Of a stretch of 64,000 nucleotides of DNA, positions 62,468 through 64,000 are shown piece by piece. Position 1 is the stretch's first letter; every line of letters starts with the position of its first letter. The stretch lies in assembly GCF_031769215.1 (NCBI RefSeq), contig NW_026782284.1:558001-622000 (forward strand). The letters are read 5' to 3'. The translations under genes were made by a program, and so were the position numbers. This stretch comes from Ylistrum balloti. Lineage: Eukaryota. The notes below the pieces were generated by a model, which worked only from the letters and a program-made list of their open reading frames with translations, searched no databases and had not been told where the DNA came from.

Positions 62468-63388
62468 GTAGGTATATACAGGGAATATGGTAGGTATACA
62501 CATGGAATATGGTAGGTATACACATGGAATATGGTAGGTATATACAGGGAATATGGTAGGTATATACAGGGAATATGGTAGGTATATACAGGGAATATGG
62601 TAGGTATACACATGGAATATGGTAGGTATATACAGGGAATATGGTAGGAATATACAGGGAATATGGTAGGTATATACAGGGAATATGGTAGGAATATACA
62701 CATGGAATATGGTAGGTACATACAGGGAATATGGTAGGTATATACAGGGAATATGGTAGGAATATACAGGGACTATAGTAGGTATATACACAGAATATGG
62801 TAGGTATATACAGGGAATATGGTAGGTATACACATGTGGTAGGTATACACATGGAATATGGTAGGTATATACAGGGAATATGGTAGGTATATACAGGGAA
62901 TATGGTAGGTATACACATGTGGTAGGTATACACAGGGAATATGGTATGTATATACAGGGAATATGGTAGGTATATACAGGGAATATGGTAGGAATATACA
63001 GGGAATATGGTAGGAATATACAGGGGGTATATACAGGGAATATGGTAGATATATGCAGGTAGTAGGTATATACAGGGAATATGGTAGATATATGCAGGTG
63101 GTAGGTATATACAGGGAATATGGTAGGAATATACAGGGAATATGGTAGGTATATACAGGGAATATGGTAGGTATATACAGGTGGTAGGTATATACAGGAA
63201 ATATGGTAGATATATGCAGGTGGTAGGAATATACAGGGAATATGGTAGGAATATACAGGGAATATGGTAGGAATATACAGGGAATATGGTAGGAATATAC
63301 AGGGAATATGGTAGGTACATACAGGGAATATGGTAGATATATGTGCAGGTGGTAGGTATATACAGGGAATATTGTAGGTATATACAGG
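62453..63388 (+). repeat. 22-bp minisatellite (~42 copies) comprising the MANBA exon4 end and 5' splice site
   Basis: Unit ACAGGGAATATG|GTAGGTATAT equals the coding end (ACA CAG GGA ATA TG) plus the donor. Confidence 0.95.
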
Positions 63389-64000
63389 CACTGGGATTTT
63401 GCAAGATTTCCCTGACCTGATAGAATATTTATCTTTAAGATAGTGTAGGTGTTATCAAGATCTGCAGCTCATAGAATATCAAAAACACAATTGAAAATAA
63501 TTTGTTTAGTTTTTCCTTCTTGGGAATGACACCCCCTTGTCACTATAATACATATGTACCAATATATTTATAATTGATAGAAAAATGACCGTTATGTCCA
63601 ATGTCCTCAGTTAAAATGGTGGGTATACGAGGAATAGAGAAGGTCATTTCATTTTTTTTCTGGACAAGTTGGTTTTTCTCTCAACAATAGATAAAAGCTA
63701 AGACCTGTATTCACAGAAAACATAAGAAAACTTGCTCAGTTCTGAAGTTGTTTATTTACATAGAAACAGCATCCGCAGCTGACTCCTACATTATATAAGG
63801 TAACTGTCATGTTATCTGTTAGTGGACAACAATTATTATTACATTCTTAACGGCCCGTAAACACAGGAAAGGTCATTAGGGCCATCAAAGGGTAGCAGTG
63901 GACAACAAACTTACAATGAGATGTTGATGTGAATTATTACCACATATAGAATAGAATACATCCCAGGAAATAGAGAGTATGGTATATATGGTACAATTTA

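Noticed and set aside
62390-63404. 319-333 aa minus-strand ORFs
   Set aside because: Translations of the 22-bp donor-derived minisatellite, antisense to MANBA.

Overview
AT-rich, intron-containing eukaryotic DNA, most likely a bivalve mollusc (inferred from the molluscan-type NPF precursor, the intronless nAChR-like array and the repeat families). Left part: three tandem minus-strand, CDS-intronless Cys-loop (nAChR-like, non-alpha) genes separated by large satellites. Middle: a decayed PIF/Harbinger transposon, then a 4-exon neuropeptide F/Y gene. NPF intron 2 carries a 12-copy tandem array of minimal type-I hammerhead ribozyme motifs on the sense strand. Right part: a 2-exon multi-pass membrane protein gene, a complete 17-exon GTPBP4/NOG1 gene (635 aa by my exon sum), and the first four exons of a divergently transcribed beta-mannosidase. 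Penelope-like (Naiad-type) and SINE remnants are scattered throughout. Main leads: (1) the hammerhead array, in which 10 of 12 copies carry a predicted non-cleavable G17; (2) nAChR paralogs with near-identical pore domains but divergent ligand-binding domains lacking the canonical ACh site; (3) minisatellites that repeatedly originate at exon/splice-donor junctions (NOG1 twice, MANBA once). No rRNA, tRNA gene or CRISPR array was recognised. All coordinates and alignments were read by eye and may be off by a few bases.
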